Source of the DNA: Octopus vulgaris
Taxonomy: Eukaryota
Reading direction: 5' to 3'
Assembly (NCBI GenBank): GCA_951406725.2
Contig: OX597816.1
Span: 121,644,001-121,708,000, forward strand
DNA length: 64,000 nt
A program made the position numbers and the translations under genes. Under the pieces are notes generated by a model, which was not told the DNA's origin, made no database searches, and saw nothing but the letters and a program-made list of their open reading frames with translations. Shown piece by piece: positions 25,685-40,558 of this stretch (its first letter is position 1; each line of letters starts with the position of its first letter).

Positions 25685-26250
25685 GTTGGCATCCTTTTTG
25701 TCTCGGGAGACAATGGAGTTGCACATAAAGTAGTCTAGTCCGGCTTTTATATTTCATGTCCTGATACATTTCCTGCTTGTTGATGTCTCTTCTTTTCTTT
25801 CCATCTCTCCTCTCTCTCTCTGTCACTCCTTTGTATTCCCTCTTTTACGGTACGTCGCCATTCTCCACGGTTGCCGGCAACTGCCTCCCAACCACTAATA
25901 TTGATGTTGCAGGCCTTCATAGGATTTTTCGGAGGCAGCGCAGGTGAAAGATGTTTAGGCGACGCTCTTGGCGTGTGTATAGCGTCCAAGTCTCACTTCC
26001 ATACAGTAGAGTGCTGAGTACACATGCCTGGTAGATCTTCATTTTTGTGGTCTTGGTCAGCTTATTGTTGTCCCAAGCCCGTTTGGAGAGTTGGGCCATC
26101 GCAGCAGATCTGTGGTCTCCAATATGTATGTTTGGGATGTCCGATGTAGCCTGAAAAGCCTTTGTTAGATCAATGAAGGCCATATATAATGGCATTTTCT
26201 GCTCTCTGGACTTCTCCTGAAGTTGGCGTATGGAGAATATCATATCGATA
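25685..26250 (-). mobile_element. Internally deleted RTE (BovB/RTE-1-like) LINE
   Basis: MIFSIRQLQEKSREQKMPLYMAFIDLTKAF is joined to IYQACVLSTLLYGSETWT..FHLRCLRKIL and then WEAVAGNRGEWR; 3' end ...GAGACAAAAAGGATGCCAACAA. Confidence 0.9.
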
Positions 26251-26312
26251 GTTATTATTTTATTATTTAAGCATTTCTTCTGGCATGCTAATGATTCTAC
26301 AAGCTGACCACC

Positions 26313-26347
<35 letters not shown>

Positions 26348-26759
26348 CTTTTCTACTGGAGGCACAAGGCCTCAAATTTGTTGGGTGGGGACTAGTCGAT
26401 TATATTGACTCCAGTGTTTCACTGGTATTTAATTTATCAACCCCAAAAAGATGAAAGGCAAAGTCAACCCTGGCGGTGGCGGCAGCAGGTGCAGCAGTGG
26501 TGGTGGTGGTGGTGGTGGTGGCAGTGGCTGTAGTGCTAGAGGTGATAATGATGATCATACTTTCCACCTTCCATAGCTGCAAGCTCTAATACATTTACAT
26601 AATAAATGTTAAAACATGAGGGGTACACAGTATGTGGGGCTACACAAAACAAAGTTATATATAAAAACAAAGAGAGAGAAGTAATGACATTATACAATGT
26701 ATGTAATAAAAATTGATAAAGGTTACAGTCTGTAATTATATAAAGCACAATAATTAAGA

Positions 26760-28020
26760 CCATATGATATAAAATCAAAGAAAAACACTTAAGTTTACCC
26801 AGCCTCAGACAAGTGAGAACCTTCTTATTAGGCTAGATCAGCACTATCCATGGCTCTTCTTACCTGCCACTTATATTGTTTCAGAGAACCATCAAAGGCG
26901 ATCCTGGTGGAGACATTTCCTTAAAAACTTCATGTCTTTTGGAGGAAAGTAGTTTGCAAGGTCATAAATTTCTTCTGTGATTTTAATCAAAAGTCTTCTG
27001 GGTGCTCCCAGTTATTATCCCCAGTCTTTTTACCTGTCCACTTTTTGATTGACTGGTTCTTTTCTAACTCAAGCAGTCCTTTGTTGTAACTTCTGAAAAT
27101 TATGAACTTGCCCTGTAGATTCTCCTATCTCCTGGTAGCTTCTGAAAGTGCTGGCCTTTTGTTTCTTTTATCATTTTTTTTTTTCCTTTTCTCCTGTAAC
27201 AGTTTGCCATTCTTTGTCAGCCTTCATTTGGTCCTCATTCTTGCAAGTGGATAGAGTGATATTGCTGAGGGGAGAAGTCTTCAGTATCATCTACTTTTAA
27301 GATCAAAGTCAATTTCAGTCATTTGTAGATGTAACTAATGATGCAGCCCCCTGTCTGTTTTACTTATCAATTATTAAAACCAAGAATGAGGCTAAGTCTT
27401 CTAACTATCCACAGCAGCCATCATGACATACTGTCTCTTTTTTTGTGTTTCAAACATTTTGGGTCAGAGAATTATCATTACAGCCTCAATTATAAAAGCT
27501 GGGCTTTTTGACCATGCACTGTCAGACTCATAATTTTTTTTTTATCTCTGTGTCCATGACACAAAGGAGCACAGCCCCAGAATGACTATAACAGTCTTGG
27601 AGTGTCATAAACATTCAAAGTTTACGCTGACCCTTCTCAATCATATGACACTCATTTTCACTTCTACGCTTGTCACCCAGCTACCTTATACTATAAAAGT
27701 AAAAATGAGTCCAGGTAAGTGCCACTATTAATGCCTCTGACATGTGTTACACTGGTCCATGTGAATCTATGAACAGATGTTGCACACTGTTTATACCTAA
27801 TGTTGAAAGTCAAGCAGATGATAGCAGAACTCTCTTTAATTGGTTTCCTGAGGACACAGTGAACTCCCCACTGTCATCTTTCTGTGAAGGAAAGGTAGAT
27901 CAGTTTTATTCCTTGCTTACTTCTGAATAAGTTCACCAGACAAAGAATCAAAATTCCTCGTGACACTATTCTCTTGCAGCTTCTCTAACTTCTGAATTTC
28001 TTGGAGGCAATTTTTGCAAA
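26760..28020 (-). mobile_element. Possible very old LINE endonuclease-region remnant
   Basis: Only an LCPQET-like motif near 27850 resembles the APE LQET motif; the rest is heavily decayed. Confidence 0.3.
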
Positions 28021-28688
28021 ACAATTTTTTGAAATTCCCACTTGCCATTGTGGAGGAGTGTTATTATTGCTGTTACTGAATGCTATTTTTTTCTTCTGGA
28101 AAACTCACTACCATTCTCTTTCACACAATATATTTCCCAATATAACCAAGTTTGTTCACATTATTTTACGTTGTACTCTGTAGAATTCTTTTTCTTTTTA
28201 TTCTATTCTCTCGTTGCCATTATTGTATGCAAAGAAAGTCAGACCAAAAATGTTTGAGAGACGTTGTTTCCCACCAACTGAAAGAGATGTAAAATGATTA
28301 AATAAATTCTCAGCATGCTGTGTAAGTTTAGGTTACATCTCACACACACACACACACACACACAATAATAATAATAATAATAATGATAATAATAATGATA
28401 ATGATAATGATAACGAAACAACCAATTCCTTGGAAAAGATGGTAAATCCAAAAAGTACAGTGAGAATGAATGAAAACAACCATTCACAGCTCAATACTAC
28501 TACTACTACTACTGCTGCAACCACTACCGCCACCACCTCCATCACTATTGCCACCACCTCCACCACTGCCACCGCCGCCACCACCACCACTACTGCTGCT
28601 GTTGACGATGACATTGATGATGATGGTGATGACGAGGAGAAGGAGAAAGATAGAAAAATTAAGGTTTCTTACATAAGCTCAAAGCAAC

Positions 28689-28773
<85 letters not shown>

Positions 28774-29989
28774 CATGTATACATACGTACATACATACAT
28801 ATATAAATACATATGTATGTGTATATATATATATATATATGAGAGAACATTTGTTTACAACAGTTTTTATAAGAGAAATTCTACCTCATTGCTAATACAA
28901 AAAAGAAAACAACATGTAAAAGACTTTGTTATCAAGCTATTTGTAACTACTATTAGCACAAACCACCAATACAGGCTGTTTTAGACAACAGAAGTTAAAT
29001 GATGCCACAGCTACTGAGTATAGGAATTGTTCTATGGCTACTAATGCAAGCAAATAACTGCCAAGATTATTGAAGAAAAACATCCTCTACAGACACAACC
29101 AAGCAACAGATGATTCTGTAGACATACAGAATATTTCCAGATAACATGTAAACATCTAAATATAGGTTTTACTGATATCACTGAAGAATAACTATATTTT
29201 TTATCGAAAAAAAATTTTAAAAAAAACATTGATACTGTAATATTAATTAGGTGTAAAACACATTAATATGATATATAAATTTTATTGCTGAGAAATATAT
29301 TTCAGGTGAGCATTCTACATACTAAAAACAAATAGTATGAAGTTACATATGTAATATAAGTTAAAATTTTTTGGTCGTTTGAGATTATCTTGGCAATTAA
29401 TGGGCCAAAATTAAAGGAAAATCTGAGAGCCTACCATGTCTGTATTTAATATACAAAATTTTCCCCTGAGGTATTTTTCCACTGCTGCATTGTTGATATT
29501 TATAACCAATGTTATTACATATTGATTACTCTTACTAATTAAGTATATGTTTCACTGAGGTGGTCTAACGAGACTGAAATTGCTTTCGTTAATTGGTTAT
29601 AAATTTTAGATTTTTAACCCACAGTATCTATATTATCAAACTGATCCTATTTGAGTTAGCCCCCTTGCTTGTTGATTTTCGATTTTTAAACAATATAGGC
29701 ATAGGTGAGGCTGTGTAGTAAGAATACACATGGTGTGGTAAGAAGCTTGCTTCCCAACCACATAGTTCTAGGTTTAGTTCCACCACATAATACATTGGGT
29801 GTCTTCTACTATAGCCTTACGCTGACCAAAGCCTTGTGAGTGGATTTGGTTGATGGAAACTGAGAGAATCCCATCATATATATGTATATATATGTGGGAA
29901 AAATAAGTTCAAAAGAGAACAATTCAAACTTTTTCTACTAGTTCACTTGTTACATTATATTCTACTATATACACGTGGCCCTGTTTATT

Positions 29990-31223
29990 ATACTTTGTCT
30001 TGACCTGCTACCATTTTTTTAAACATACCTGTTAGCGACCAATAAATGTGATAAGATATAATAAAAATTGTGCATCATTATTAAAGCTTAATGAGTCTTC
30101 TTTTTGTTTCATATTTATGAATTAGATAATGGTTATAGACCCAAATATAATCATAACCCTCCATAAAGGAGACAAAGTAATACAGCTATAGCACAAAAGC
30201 TTAAAATTAACCATTGTTAAGAAATTTCGAGAGACTGGTTTGACTGCTGATCAACCTGGATGAGGCTGAAAAAGAAATGTGTGGATCTCTCAGCTTATCA
30301 AAAGTACCAAAGAAAAGATACAGAAAAATCCTCATTGTTCCATTAGAAAACTGACTGTTACAGTAAAAATAAGTTGAACATTAATGTATCGAGTGCTGAA
30401 GTTGATCCATTGTCATGAGCTCACACAAGTTTATAAGGTCATGAGACTGGAGAGAAGTTGTCTTATCCTGTATCCTGTGTCAGATTGCAGAAGGCACACT
30501 GCCCAACCTGGTGTTCATGAATGAAAATATATTTGACATCGGACAAACAGTAACCCACCAGAATGACCGACGTTGGAATGTATCTGGTTCCATCGAGGGT
30601 AGACTCGTAAACCAATGTCAAAATCCATAGTCAGTTATGGTTTGGGTGGCTGTGACTGCCACTGGAAGCTCTCCCCTCATTTTTGTGCCCTCACGTATTA
30701 AAATTAACACCCAGCAATACATTAGTAACATTCTGGTAACTGAACTACTTCTATGGGTGAATGAGCACTTTCAAGGCACATCTTGAGGCTGCCAACAGGA
30801 CTCAGTACCATCCCAAAGCACCAAACAGATACAACAGTGGATTCAGAAAAACATACCATCATTCATAGGCAAAGATGTATGGCACTCAAGAAACCCCAAT
30901 CTCAAGCCATTGGATTTTTCTGTTTGGTTCATTTTGGAGACAAGGGTCTCGAGCACTCCTCATGCTTTACTCAATGCTCTAAAGGCAAAGCTTCACCAGG
31001 AATAGACTTCAATTTCGCAAGAGCAGCTGCATGCCACATGTAAAGCATTTGCACCTAGACTTAAGACAGTGAATTGTAACAGAAATGGTCATATCAAATA
31101 AATATGGTAATGTCATAATTGTGTTTCCTTTACCACTGCATTGGAGTGTTTGAATCTGAAATGTAACAAGATTTTGCGCTGGCAAAATTGTAAAAAGTTG
31201 GTTGTCTTAATTCTGGGACACCT
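29990..31223 (+). pseudogene. Decayed Tc1/mariner transposon (maT/DD37D-like)
   Basis: HQNDRRW, SVMVWVAVTATGSSPLIFVP, KINTQQYI, QQDSVP, NPNLKPLDFSVW; ends ...TGGGACACCTTG|TA. Confidence 0.85.
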
Positions 31224-31280
<57 letters not shown>

Positions 31281-31427
31281 ATGTGTGTGTCTTTGAGACT
31301 CACAAAGGCAATGACTGGTGAGTGAGACCTTTGGTGATGTGCTGTTCTTGAGAGAACCTCTATAGAGCCTTGCTTTGGTTGAGAGTAAGTAATATAAATT
31401 TTGTCCTATTGTAAAAATTTGAAACCA

Positions 31428-31470
<43 letters not shown>

Positions 31471-32408
31471 GAGTGAGAGAGCAGTGTATGCCATCAAAGT
31501 GACACTGGGGTAAAATATATGAAGCCCAGTATACTCATCATGACTACCCGTCTGATAAGGGTACACCAGGCACATGCATCACAACCATATGTGTGTAACA
31601 TAGTGATCTCATATCAAGATAAACAGTGCATAACCTTGCAGGTGGGGCCCAGTTAGAATTTTCTTCTGGTCAAGTAGCCTATCCTGCTCAAAAGGTCCCT
31701 GAATAAAGGTTGTTTAAGGATGTTGAACAAAACACCCGTGTTTCCAAAGGTGAATTATTCAAACCCCCAAAAATTCCACTCAATACATGGCTATGATGCT
31801 CCTCAACTACTTCTGCTTGTGATCAGAGATGCACATATCATCAGCCACTAAGGGACATGGCCAACTGGTTAAGGTCAAGCAACTGAAAAGTAAATCTGTG
31901 GTATTGAGCAGAATATTTGCTGTAGCCCATCTTTTATACCAAGACAAAACAACGTACATGATACTTCCAATCAGTTAAGATCAGAAGCCATGAGAGCCAC
32001 TGCCTGGTACTGTATCAGAGCATTTATTATTATTATCATCATCATCATCATTATTATTATTAAGGCAGCAAGCTGGCAGAATTGTTAGCACATTGGAGAA
32101 AATGCTGAGCATCATTTCTTGACACTTTACATTCTTAGTTCAAATTCGACTGATGTTGACTTTGCACTTCATCTTTTCGTGGTCAATCAAATGCATACCT
32201 GTTAAGTACTGGGTTTGATGTGACTGACTAACTATCCCAATTTCCCCTTAAACTGCTGGCCTTGTGCCTAAATTTGAAACTAGTAGTGGTGGTGGTAGTA
32301 GTAGCGTAGCAGCAACTGCAGGTGGGAATGAAGAAATACGTATGTTCTCTTCATTGTTGATGTTGGCAACTCAAAAATAATTATTTTAATTCTGGCTATC
32401 CTGGCACT

Positions 32409-32458
<50 letters not shown>

Positions 32459-33280
32459 TTAACGTCCGTTTTTTTTTTAAAAAGTCGAAATAAAAAAAGA
32501 CTAATTTTTTTTTACATAGCAAACTTTTTAATTTTCACCCATTAGTTCTAGCTTTGACTGAAGCATTTTTATGTTTATATATTTTTTGTTTTTAATTTGC
32601 CTTTAAATTTGTTTCTTTCTTGTTTCTTTGTTTGTTTTTATAATATCATCTAAGTTCTAATTTTACAATTGATTGATCTTTTAGATTCTTTATTTTGCAA
32701 ATATTGATGAGGGGGAAGCATAAAAATAATTAGTAAATTAAGTTTCTGATTGAGTTGTTTTCTTGCGGCTCTTGGTAATAACTCATTATTTATCAATTTT
32801 AATTATTGGGGTGAAGTCCAAGGGAGATTTAGCTACTATTTTTAGCATTTTGAGCTGCCTTGTACAAGCTTACTTCGTGGTTTGGGATCTAGTTTTAATT
32901 CCTGGTACTTAGCTAGATATTTAATTTCATTTCCATTGCTAATATCTGTTTATTTTCAAGTTAGGATTGTTAGAATACTAGCATGTCAGTATGTATTTAT
33001 ATATATATTCTTTTTTGCCCTTTTCAAGCCTAGTCAGGCTTATAGGCCTGGTTTCCCACTTTCTGTGGCGTATGTGTTCCCCTCAGCAGGAAGAAAGAGT
33101 GAGAGAAAGTTGGGACGAAAGAGTACACCAAGAGTCGCCACCACCCCCTGCTGGAGCCTCGTGGAGCTTTAGGTGTTTTCGATCAATAAACACACACAAC
33201 GCCCGGTCTGGAAATTGAAACCGCGATCCTCCAACCGTGAGTCTGCTGTCCTAACCACTGGGCCATTGTGCCTCTATATA

Positions 33281-33314
<34 letters not shown>

Positions 33315-33491
33315 CACACGTTCTGTCGTTATGTTCTGAGTTCAAATTCCGCCAAGGTCGACTTTGCCTTTCATCCTTTCGGGGTCAATAAATTAAGTAC
33401 CAGTTACGCACTGGGGTCGATGTAATCGACTTAATACCTATGTCTGTCCTTGTTTGTCCCCTCTATGTTTAGCCCCTTGTGGGCAATAAAG

Positions 33492-33532
<41 letters not shown>

Positions 33533-33959
33533 TATATATATATATACACACACACATACAAAGTTTTATGTATCTCAGGTTTAGAATAGGTACACCACAT
33601 CCTTGCCTGTTAAAAGACTTAACTAAAGGGGTTGGCAAGAGAATGGGTGTCTGACAGTAAAACCTCCATACATAAAAGGAGATAGGCTGCACAAAGTTTC
33701 TTTAACCCTTTAGCATTTAAACTAACCATATCTGGCCCAAAATTTCTACTTGCTTTATGTTCAAATTGACAAGATCCAGGCCCTATCACCTAACCTACAA
33801 TGTCATTCTAAAAATAAACAATCACATCATCAAAACCTTCATGCTACAAATCAGTGCATGATTAATTCAAAACAATATGAATAAATAAGCTTTAGATTTG
33901 ACGGAGTGATATGAATGTTAAAGGATTAAGCAAATCTGACTAGTGTAGTAACACAAATA

Positions 33960-35420
33960 AAGGAGGAAGTTAAAATACAAAAAGAAATTAAGATTCTGAG
34001 AGAGGAATTGTTCATTGTTTATAAGATTTTGAAGGAAATAAATGTCAAAACTAGAAAAACAAGAAGAGCAAAGTCTCCTTGCCATCAAAGAAACACTGAG
34101 ACAATGCATACAAGTTAAAAGCTATGCAAAACCAAAAAAAATAGAAGTAAATTTTATACAAATAAATGATCCACTTTATATGAATGAAGTTGAGGAATTT
34201 TGGAAGAAAATTCTGTAGTAGATAAAAACAATATAAGGAAGTAGGTTGGATTAACAAGAAAAAATGAGTGAATGAAAGATGTGGAAGAACGATGGATAAA
34301 GGTTGAAGTGGTAAACCTAAGAAAACTGGCACTCCATCGGTTACGATGACAAGGATTCCAGTTGATCTGATCAACGGAACAACCTGCTCGTGAAATTAAC
34401 ATGCATGTGGCTGAGCACTCCACAGACATGTGTACCCTTAACATAGTTCTCAGAGAGATACAGCATGACACAGAATGCAACAAAGCTGGCCCTTTGAAAT
34501 ACAGGTACTACTCATTTTTGCCAGCTGAAGGGAATGGAGCAATGCGTAACAAAGTGACTTGCTCATGAATATAATGCATCACTGGGAATTGAACTCACGA
34601 CCTTATGATAGTGATCCAGATACCCTAACCACTAAGACATGTGCCTCTATGGTAGACCTAAGGCATGGAAGTAGCCAGAAAAATAGATCAAATCTTCAGT
34701 TATTGGTTTGACACATTTACAGGAATGCACAAGATATTTGCCAAGGGAAAGAGTGCACCAATACAAAATCCAACTGGTTGACATCAGGCACAATATACCC
34801 CGCCAAAAAATAAAGAATTATAGACCTGTTATATGCCTTGCCATTACTTACAAAATTCTGTCTTCAGTATTTATTGAAAGAAAGCACCTTCATTCCACAA
34901 GAATAAAACCAGAAGTAAACATGACTCCAATGGATGTAAAAGGCAACTGATGATTTAAAAAAATGATACTAGAACATGGATGTAAATGCATGTGCACATA
35001 AGGATACACATCTTAGAAGAACTGAATGTAAGTGGAGCAAGAGCACAGACGACAACGAAAAGTGAAACTGAAGAGGGCACAGATGTGTGACGAAAGATTT
35101 CTGGACAATGGACATGAGTTAAATAAATAAATAAATTAATTAATTAATAAAAACAGTAATAAATGAGTGAAGAACAAATATATAGTGCATGTGTTGTTTA
35201 TATGGCAAAAAAAAAAATGATCATCCCGAAATACAACAATAGATACTTGAAAATAATCACACAAAGAATAAAGTTAAAGTGCCGCATGGATTGATTATTG
35301 AAAAACTTTCGACAGTGTTCCCCATGAATGGATATTAAAAGCTCTTGAAATATACAAGGTCTCTCCAGTCATTTCTTTCTTTGATATGGTATGACAAACT
35401 GGACAGTACATCTCTTTTTA
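33960..35420 (+). pseudogene. Fragmented R4/Dong-type LINE interrupted by a SINE
   Basis: EVEEFWKKI, KNYRPVICLAITYKILSS, AWIDY*KTFDSVPHEWILKALEIYKV. Confidence 0.8.
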
Positions 35421-36388
35421 AGTCGCAGTAAATGATACTTTATTTTTCTGACTCCAGAAGGAGGAAAAGCAAAGGTGGCCCTTTGTTGGGTTTGAATTCA
35501 GAGTACAGGAAGCTGGATCAAAATATTGTAAAGCATTCTAACAAATGCTTTAAAGACTTTCTCAATCTGTGACTGTCAACCTTATACTAGGGATAGCTAT
35601 TTGGTAAATGATTAGTTCATAATTATTTTGTAAATACTGAGATTCTAACATTTAAATATTTAATGGTTGGCAAGGTTTTTAGCAAAATGGACGAATAAAC
35701 ATTGAGGTACACATCAAGTTGTTGCAATAAATGAGTGTACATGAATAGACAAGTTGATGCATATCAGGAAAACAGAAAAGAAAACACTCGGAAAAGATAC
35801 GTAAAGGAGTGATTGAGAAAATAGTGGCTTAATGTTGTTTAACAACATAAAGCAAATTTCATTGACAATGTTAATTGTAAGGAAGACTAAAACAGAGAGA
35901 ATGAGGTTAACAAGGTACAGAAGCAAAGTGTAGAAAATTGTTCTGTACTAGAAACAAACAATGTATATATATATATATATGGAGTAGCTGTTTGAAAGTA
36001 GCTTGCTTACCAACAACATGGTTCTAGGTTCAGTCCCACTGCATGGCACCTTGGGCAAATGTCTTCTACTGTAGCCTCAGGCTGACCAAAGTCTTGTCAG
36101 TGGATTTGATAGACAGAAACTGAAAGAAGCTTGTTGTATATATATGTGTGTGTGTAGTGTGTTTGTGCATCTGTGTTTGTCCCCCACCATCACTTGACAG
36201 CCAATGTTGGTGTGTTTACATCCCCGTAACTTAGCGGTTTGGCAAATGAAACTGATAGAATAAGTACTAGACTTACAAAGAATAAGTCCTGGGGTCAATT
36301 TGTTTGACTAAAAAGCCGTGCTCCAGCATATATATATATACATACATACATACATACATACATACATACATACATACATACATACATA

Positions 36389-37232
36389 CAGGATGCGATG
36401 GGTAAATTGTCGCCTTCTTATATTTTTAATTTCATGCATACGCATTGTTTTTTTGTGAGAAAAACAGCACCATGATGCAATTCACCCTGCCAGAAATTTG
36501 GAAATGACATGGTGTGCTGCTTTGCATTTGCACCGGAAGCTCCAATATGAGTATTTCAGAGTGTTTGGGTGTCAATCTCAGGACAGTGCAATTTGAGGAC
36601 ATGTACCAAGAATGATAAAAATCAAACATCCAGTCAACATAATGGTATTCGAAATGATCACTAGTGATGATGACGTTATGCCTCCATTCATCTTCCCACA
36701 CAGCCTCAGACTCAACACGGAGGCCTACATCAAGTGTCTGGAGGAGGTAGTGCTGCCCTGGGTCAAGAGGGTAGCTGTTGGAAGACCCTATGTCTCGTAA
36801 CAGGAGTCTACACCATGCCACACAGGCAAGAGAACCCAGTCATGGCTCTCATACAGTTTCTGCAACCACATCAACTGTAACATCTGAGTACCGCCTAACT
36901 CCCCAGACTGCAACCCCCTTGATTATTATGTGTGGGGTGCAGTTGAGTGAGAGACCAACAAAACTCTTTGTAACACCAAAGATGAACTAATGCTATAGAG
37001 TTATAGCATTATTCACCAACTTAAACAAGAAGACCATCCAGAAAAGTTGCAGGAGATTCCAAAGTCCTCTAGTGGCCATGGTTGAAGCCAATGGTGATTT
37101 TATTGAATAAATTTACTCGTTAGTATTCAAGATATTTTTATGTAATTTTGGTAGATATATCTGCTAAAATAAGATGCCAGTGTTATTTTCATTTTTGCAT
37201 AATTTAGACAATAGTTTATTCATTGCACCCTG
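36389..37232 (+). mobile_element. Internally deleted Tc1/mariner element with both TIRs; a 5' partial copy lies at 47610-48004
   Basis: TA|CAGGATGCGATGGGTAAATTGT...ATAGTTTATTCATTGCACCCTG|TA; KHPVNIMVFEMITSDDDVMPPFIFP, PPNSPDCNPLDYYVWGAVE. Confidence 0.9.
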
Positions 37233-37238
37233 TATATA

Positions 37239-37271
<33 letters not shown>

Positions 37272-38589
37272 TGATTTCAAATTTTTGATAGAAGGCCGGC
37301 AATTTCAGGGGAGGACTTAAGTTGATTATATTCACCCCAATGTTCAACTGGTACCTATTTTATCAACCCAAAAAGGATGAAAGGCAAAGTTGACCTTGGA
37401 AGAATTTGAACTTAGAATGAAAAGATGGACGAAATGCTTAGCATATTATAATATGCTTAGCATATTAAAAGTTTGGTTTCCTGAAAAAAGTACCACTTAT
37501 AGTATGACCCCACTCAAACCCCATCCGCCCACCCACATTTTTTTCTTAACTGAAAATTAATTTGCTTATAGAATTTTTCACATATTTTAATAGTATTTTT
37601 AGCATAGATTTTATTATATTTTTAAAGTAATTGATACTCTTCGTTTTAAGTAATGATAAATTGCATTTATCTGTACTGCCAATTTGTCTCACCTTACCTT
37701 GCTATTTCCTTTTTGTTTATTTCTTTCTTTCCTTTCCTCTTCAACCCCACTTTTCTTCTTCTCTTTTCATAATCAGTTATTTTATCACTAACCATACTGT
37801 TCACTATTCACTTTCACACCTTTCTAATAAATAAATATATACCTCTCTTTTCTTTTCCTTTTTCCAATGTTTAACATCTTCTTTCTATTATCCATTTCCC
37901 TATCTATTTTCTTTCACAGCAAGTTGGCCTTCCTTTTTTCTTATTAAACAAATTAACACTAAACTTTGTGTATTCAGTATCACACAGTGTTATATCCACA
38001 GACTCCTTTTTCTTTTTTATTTTTTCATTATCATCTCTCTGTGTTTCCTTATCTATTATTTTCTCTTCTTTCTCTCTGCTTCTTCCTATCTACACCATGT
38101 TGTTTTTATCATTCTGTGCAGTTTATTTGCAGCTTTCGTATCTAAATATGCTTTCAGTTGTTAAATGTCGAAATTTTAGAATCTAAATGTTTACAAACCA
38201 TGTTTTAACCAAATATTTATCATATATTTATTACCAATACAAACATAGAGATTAAATAGAGTTCAATCATATCACACTACTGTAATGTGAAACCCTTAGT
38301 AACACCTAAAAAATGTTACAATTTCTATTATTATTGTTGTCGTTGCTGCTACTATTGTTGTTGTTGTTTCGCAGATATGTTAGAATACCTGACAAAATGC
38401 CTTGAGTTATTTGTACAATACTTTTACATTCTGAATTAAAAATCCTACCATGGTCAACTTTGCTTTTCATCCTTTTGGGTTGATAAAACAACATATTATC
38501 AGGTGCTAAGATTATTGGAATTGACTAACCCACTTCTCTTAAAAATGCTTGCCTTGTACATAAATTAGAAGCAATTGCTGTTGTTGTTA

Positions 38590-39080
38590 TCAGTGATACT
38601 TTTGCTCTGGCAGGTGTTATACCAACACTATACCAAAAGAGGGAGCCATATCCAAGGGTCAAAGGTCCTTTGGGTCATTCCTTCTCTTTCAAGTTTCTGA
38701 CTTCTTTATTGCCCACAAGGGCTAAACATAGAGAGGACAAGCATATTAAGTCGATTACATCGACCCCAGTGCATAACTGGTACTTTATTTATCGACCCCG
38801 AAAGGATGAAAGGCAAAGTCAACCTCGGCGGAATTTGAACTCAGAAAATAATGGCAGATGAAATACCGCTAAGCATTTCGCCCAGTGAGCTACCGTTTCT
38901 GCCAGCTCGCCGCCCTTTTTTTTTTAAATTCAAAGGTAAACAATTCTCTTTCAAATTTCTAATACCCTCCTTAGAATCCTTACTGTTCCTAATAAGGCTT
39001 TTTTCTGCAACAGCCCCATTCTGATGATAATTCTAAACTTCTCAAGCCATGCATCCAACCTTTTACTAACTGCTCTGTTT
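38590..39080 (-). mobile_element. R4/Dong LINE 3' end interrupted by a young Meta-type SINE (38700-38915)
   Basis: RLDAWLEKFRIIIRMGLLQKKALLGTVRILRRVLEI* C-terminus; ttctctttcaa(g/a)tttct is duplicated around the insert. Confidence 0.8.
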
Positions 39081-39091
39081 TATTATTATTA

Positions 39092-39131
<40 letters not shown>

Positions 39132-39144
39132 CATTATTATTATC

Positions 39145-39462
39145 CTCTTCTTTCAATTCTGTTTCCATTTCTTGCCAAGTGTCTTCCTGACACCTAAGGC
39201 AAAGAAATTCACTGTATACATTGGTAGGCCATTAAAATAAACACACTAGATTGTTCATTTACAAAGTCATGTGGTAGAAAAAAAAAGGAGGAGGAGAAAA
39301 AAAGAAAGAAAAAGGAAAGAAGAAAAGAATTGGCAAAAAAAGAAAACAAAGAAAATAAGAGGGATGAAAAGGAAAGAAAATTCACAGCAACAATGCTCTT
39401 CTCAATACAGTTAAAACAAATCTTTTGCACTTCTTGCATGGATGGTAAGCCAGGGATCATCC
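39145..39462 (-). mobile_element. Second R4/Dong-type LINE 3' end
   Basis: MIPGLPSMQEVQKI C-terminal remnant, a 3' UTR and a (TAA)n tail. Confidence 0.6.
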
Positions 39463-39895
39463 TCTATTATCATCATCATCATCATCATCATGGTAGTGAG
39501 CTGGCAGAATTGTCAGCAAACTGAATGAAATGCTTAGTGGCTTTTCGTCCATGTTTACATTCTTAGGTCAAATTCTGCCAAGGTCAACTGTACCTTTCAT
39601 CTTTTCAGGTTTGATGAAATGAGTACCAGTTGAACACTGGGGTTGATGTAATCAACTAGCCCTTCCCCACAAAATTTCGGGTTGTGTACATATAGAAAAA
39701 AAGGCATTATTATTATTATAAAGGCGGCAAGCTGGCAGACTCATTAGCATGTCTGGCAAAATGCTTAGCGGTATTTCGTCTGCTGTTATATTCTGAGTTC
39801 AAATTTCAACTTTACCTTTTATCCTTTCGGGGTTAATAAATTAAGAACCAGTGAAACACTGGGGTCGATGTAATTGACTTATCTCCTCCCCTAAA

Positions 39896-39955
<60 letters not shown>

Positions 39956-40186
39956 GTTGTTGTTGTTGTTCACCACCCCTAGGTCAGTTATTAGGATGGG
40001 CATCCAGTCATAGAAACCATGCTAAAATGGACAATTGGAGCCTGGGCAACACTCTAGCTGTCCAGCTTCTGTCAAACTGTCCAATCCATGCTACCATGGA
40101 AAACAATCATTAAATGATAATATACATAGATGTGTGTGAATATATGTGTGTGTATATCTATATGTATATGTATATATATATATATA

Positions 40187-40227
<41 letters not shown>

Positions 40228-40513
40228 TATATATAGATGTATATAGAAAGGACTCGTCGTTAGACGACGAATGAGGTTTCGACAATTTCTAACCGGAAAA
40301 CCACAAAGATGATTTGTTTATAGTGATCAAATGTTTGTATTGACATAAGCTCACTCCCTCCATGAAATCGACATTACCTGTGCAGGTGCAACTCGGCGCC
40401 ACATGTTAAATGTCAAAATGATCACAGAACAATGTGAAATGAAGTGCTTTTCTCAAGAACACAACGTAACGCTCGGTCTTGGTAATCGAACCCATGATCA
40501 CTAAGCCATGCGC

Positions 40514-40558
<45 letters not shown>

